Assembly: GCA_002269645.1 (NCBI GenBank)
Contig: NIVC01000939.1
Coordinates: 62,001-126,000 of the forward strand
Reading direction: 5' to 3'
DNA: 64,000 nucleotides
DNA from: Macrostomum lignano
Lineage: Eukaryota
Positions 62,304 through 64,000 of this stretch are shown in pieces; the stretch's first letter is position 1; every line of letters starts with the position of its first letter. Made by a program: the position numbers and the translations under genes. The notes beneath the pieces were generated by a model. It saw nothing but the letters and a program-made list of their open reading frames with translations. It had not been told where the DNA came from and searched no databases.

Positions 62304-64000
62304 TAGGGTTTCTCTTCTCCGGAGTTACGGATCTCCGGCCCGGAGATCCGACACGAAAAATTATACGATTTTATGATCGCCCGCACGGATATCAGAAACC
62401 ATGACATAAGATAAGGTGAGAGATCGCCGCCATGCTAGACTCTCCGAAGTATCTTAGAAAATAAGAGCTTTAGTGACCAGCCCGATACAAAGAGACACAG
62501 AGACAATTGGCGAGCAAGGCGAGCAACGCGCGGGAGGCGCACAGCGAAAAAGCGACCTCCAAGCTATGTATTTTACGAGTATAACGAGTTACAAGCAAAA
62601 AAATTGAGATAAAAGCAGAAATTGAATTTAAAAAACTCAAGCGGAGAGCTGCGCGCAAATTGAGTCAGAAAACGCGGTGAGAGGCTCACCTAAAAAGGCT
62701 AGCAGGCGGAGGGGGGGTGGGGGCTGGCCCCCACCCCACACAGATGCACAGAGACAGCAAAGGGGGCGGGCTGATCACTAAAGCCGGTTTGCACAGGCGC
62801 AAGCACCCATGCAAACCAAAGCAATTTCTCCGAATTTCTCCGATTTGAGAAAAGCCCAGCACGTGAGCAGCCAACCTAGCTTGCGCAACGCAACTTTTTA
62901 TCGATAAGTTTCTAGTACATAAGGCCGTTCACACAGCCATCAATCAATTGGGACTAAATTTAGGGTTGGTTAGACTTGTGCATCACTTTTCATCTTTTTG
63001 AATATACATGTACACGTAAGTCGAATGATTTGATTGGATCATTTGACGGTGGAAGGAATGAGCCTTTGAGCGCGACACGTGACACAATAGCGAATTGTAT
63101 ATAAGCAGTGAAGGCATATGATGAGTATGTGTCAGTTTGCGATTTTCTTACTTGCTAACAAGGACAACTGAAGTAGTATATAACGTAACTTCATTTGTCC
63201 TTGCTTGCTAATAGTTGAATGGCTACCTTGAATCGAAAATTCTTCTATGTACTGAACAATGACTACGCACAAATCCCTTTAAATCCCTTTCGACTTAAAA
63301 GCCAAAAAAAGCAATTTGAAGAGAAGTATTAGGGAAAAAGAGCAGAAATTTTGGCATCCACGATGGAGCATTATATTACATGGTGAGAAAAAAGGATGAC
63401 AGTAAGCGCATGCGGCCCGAAGACAAGCGCAAGGTGCTGTTTACCGGCTTCGAAATCTACGGAGGGATGATCGAAACGGTGGTAAGATGCGATACACCTG
63501 AAGTCAGCAGGTCTACATCGTGACCAGGTGCCTCGGTCGCAACGCATATCGATTAGGACTCATTAGAAGTGTCAATGGCAATTGCATCTAAAGAAGTGCT
63601 TTCTACAAGTACTATCGATGAGCGAATCTCTAGTTTTTTAATAGAATTGCATGCGGAATTCCAGACTGACAACACATCATATTCGGATTTATCAAAGCTT
63701 GCTATTTTTGCCCTGATATGGTGCATGACGACTGCAAATATACGAGCCACAGTGAATACTTTACTTTCTTGCATGGAAAATGTCTTGAAATGTAGAAAAA
63801 TGACTGACGCTGTATAGCGATTTTTACTAACATTTATGCTTTTATAAAAATTTTAAAGGGTAAGAAAAAGTAACTATACACAATACTCGTAACAAGTTTA
63901 AAATTTCCGACTCAATAAAATGCGGAGATCGGTAATCGGAGATCCTAAATCAAACCTTAGTTTTTGCACTCGTGACGGAGATCGGCAAACGGTGCAGAAT
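62304..64000 (+). mobile_element. internally deleted hAT-like DNA transposon (runs off the window)
   Basis: Starts TAGGGTTTCTC with a CGGATCTCCG/CGGAGATCCG hairpin; CGGAGATC motifs recur at 63925-63990. The remnant YSDLSKLAIFAL..TTAN..LLSCM (63569-63817) resembles the hAT C-terminal dimerisation domain. Confidence 0.5.

Overview
Intron-rich animal genomic DNA. The GC-rich exons, short AT-rich introns and minisatellite-stuffed introns resemble a free-living flatworm such as Macrostomum (inference only). Hand-splicing with phase checks gives five genes. (1) 22-2484(+): six 3' exons of a Sushi/CCP-repeat gene. (2) 13040-~43229(+): its tandem paralog, a gene of at least 51 exons encoding a secreted mosaic protein of ~4,340 aa: signal peptide, ~10 CCP-like, 7 WSC, 5 C-type lectin (CTLD), an F5/8C-like domain, then 17 CCP-like modules. 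One CTLD is inserted inside a WSC domain on in-phase skippable exons. (3) A B-type cyclin (390 aa) with a GC-AG intron, an altered MRAIL motif, three minisatellite-filled introns and a CpG-depleted first intron. (4) A stanniocalcin-like, probably GPI-anchored protein with a one-base frameshift. (5) A 4-EF-hand calmodulin-like gene on the minus strand with a 2.3-kb 13-bp array in its intron. Mobile DNA: two solo LTRs, a 5'-truncated DIRS/Ngaro-type fragment flanked by a 526-bp duplication, two copies of a CCC-terminated EnSpm/CMC-like element carrying a spliced coiled-coil gene, Tc1/IS630-like and hAT remnants, and tRNA-derived SINEs. Most long ORFs in the supplied track are artefacts of tandem repeats. 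All domain calls are by motif recognition, not database search.
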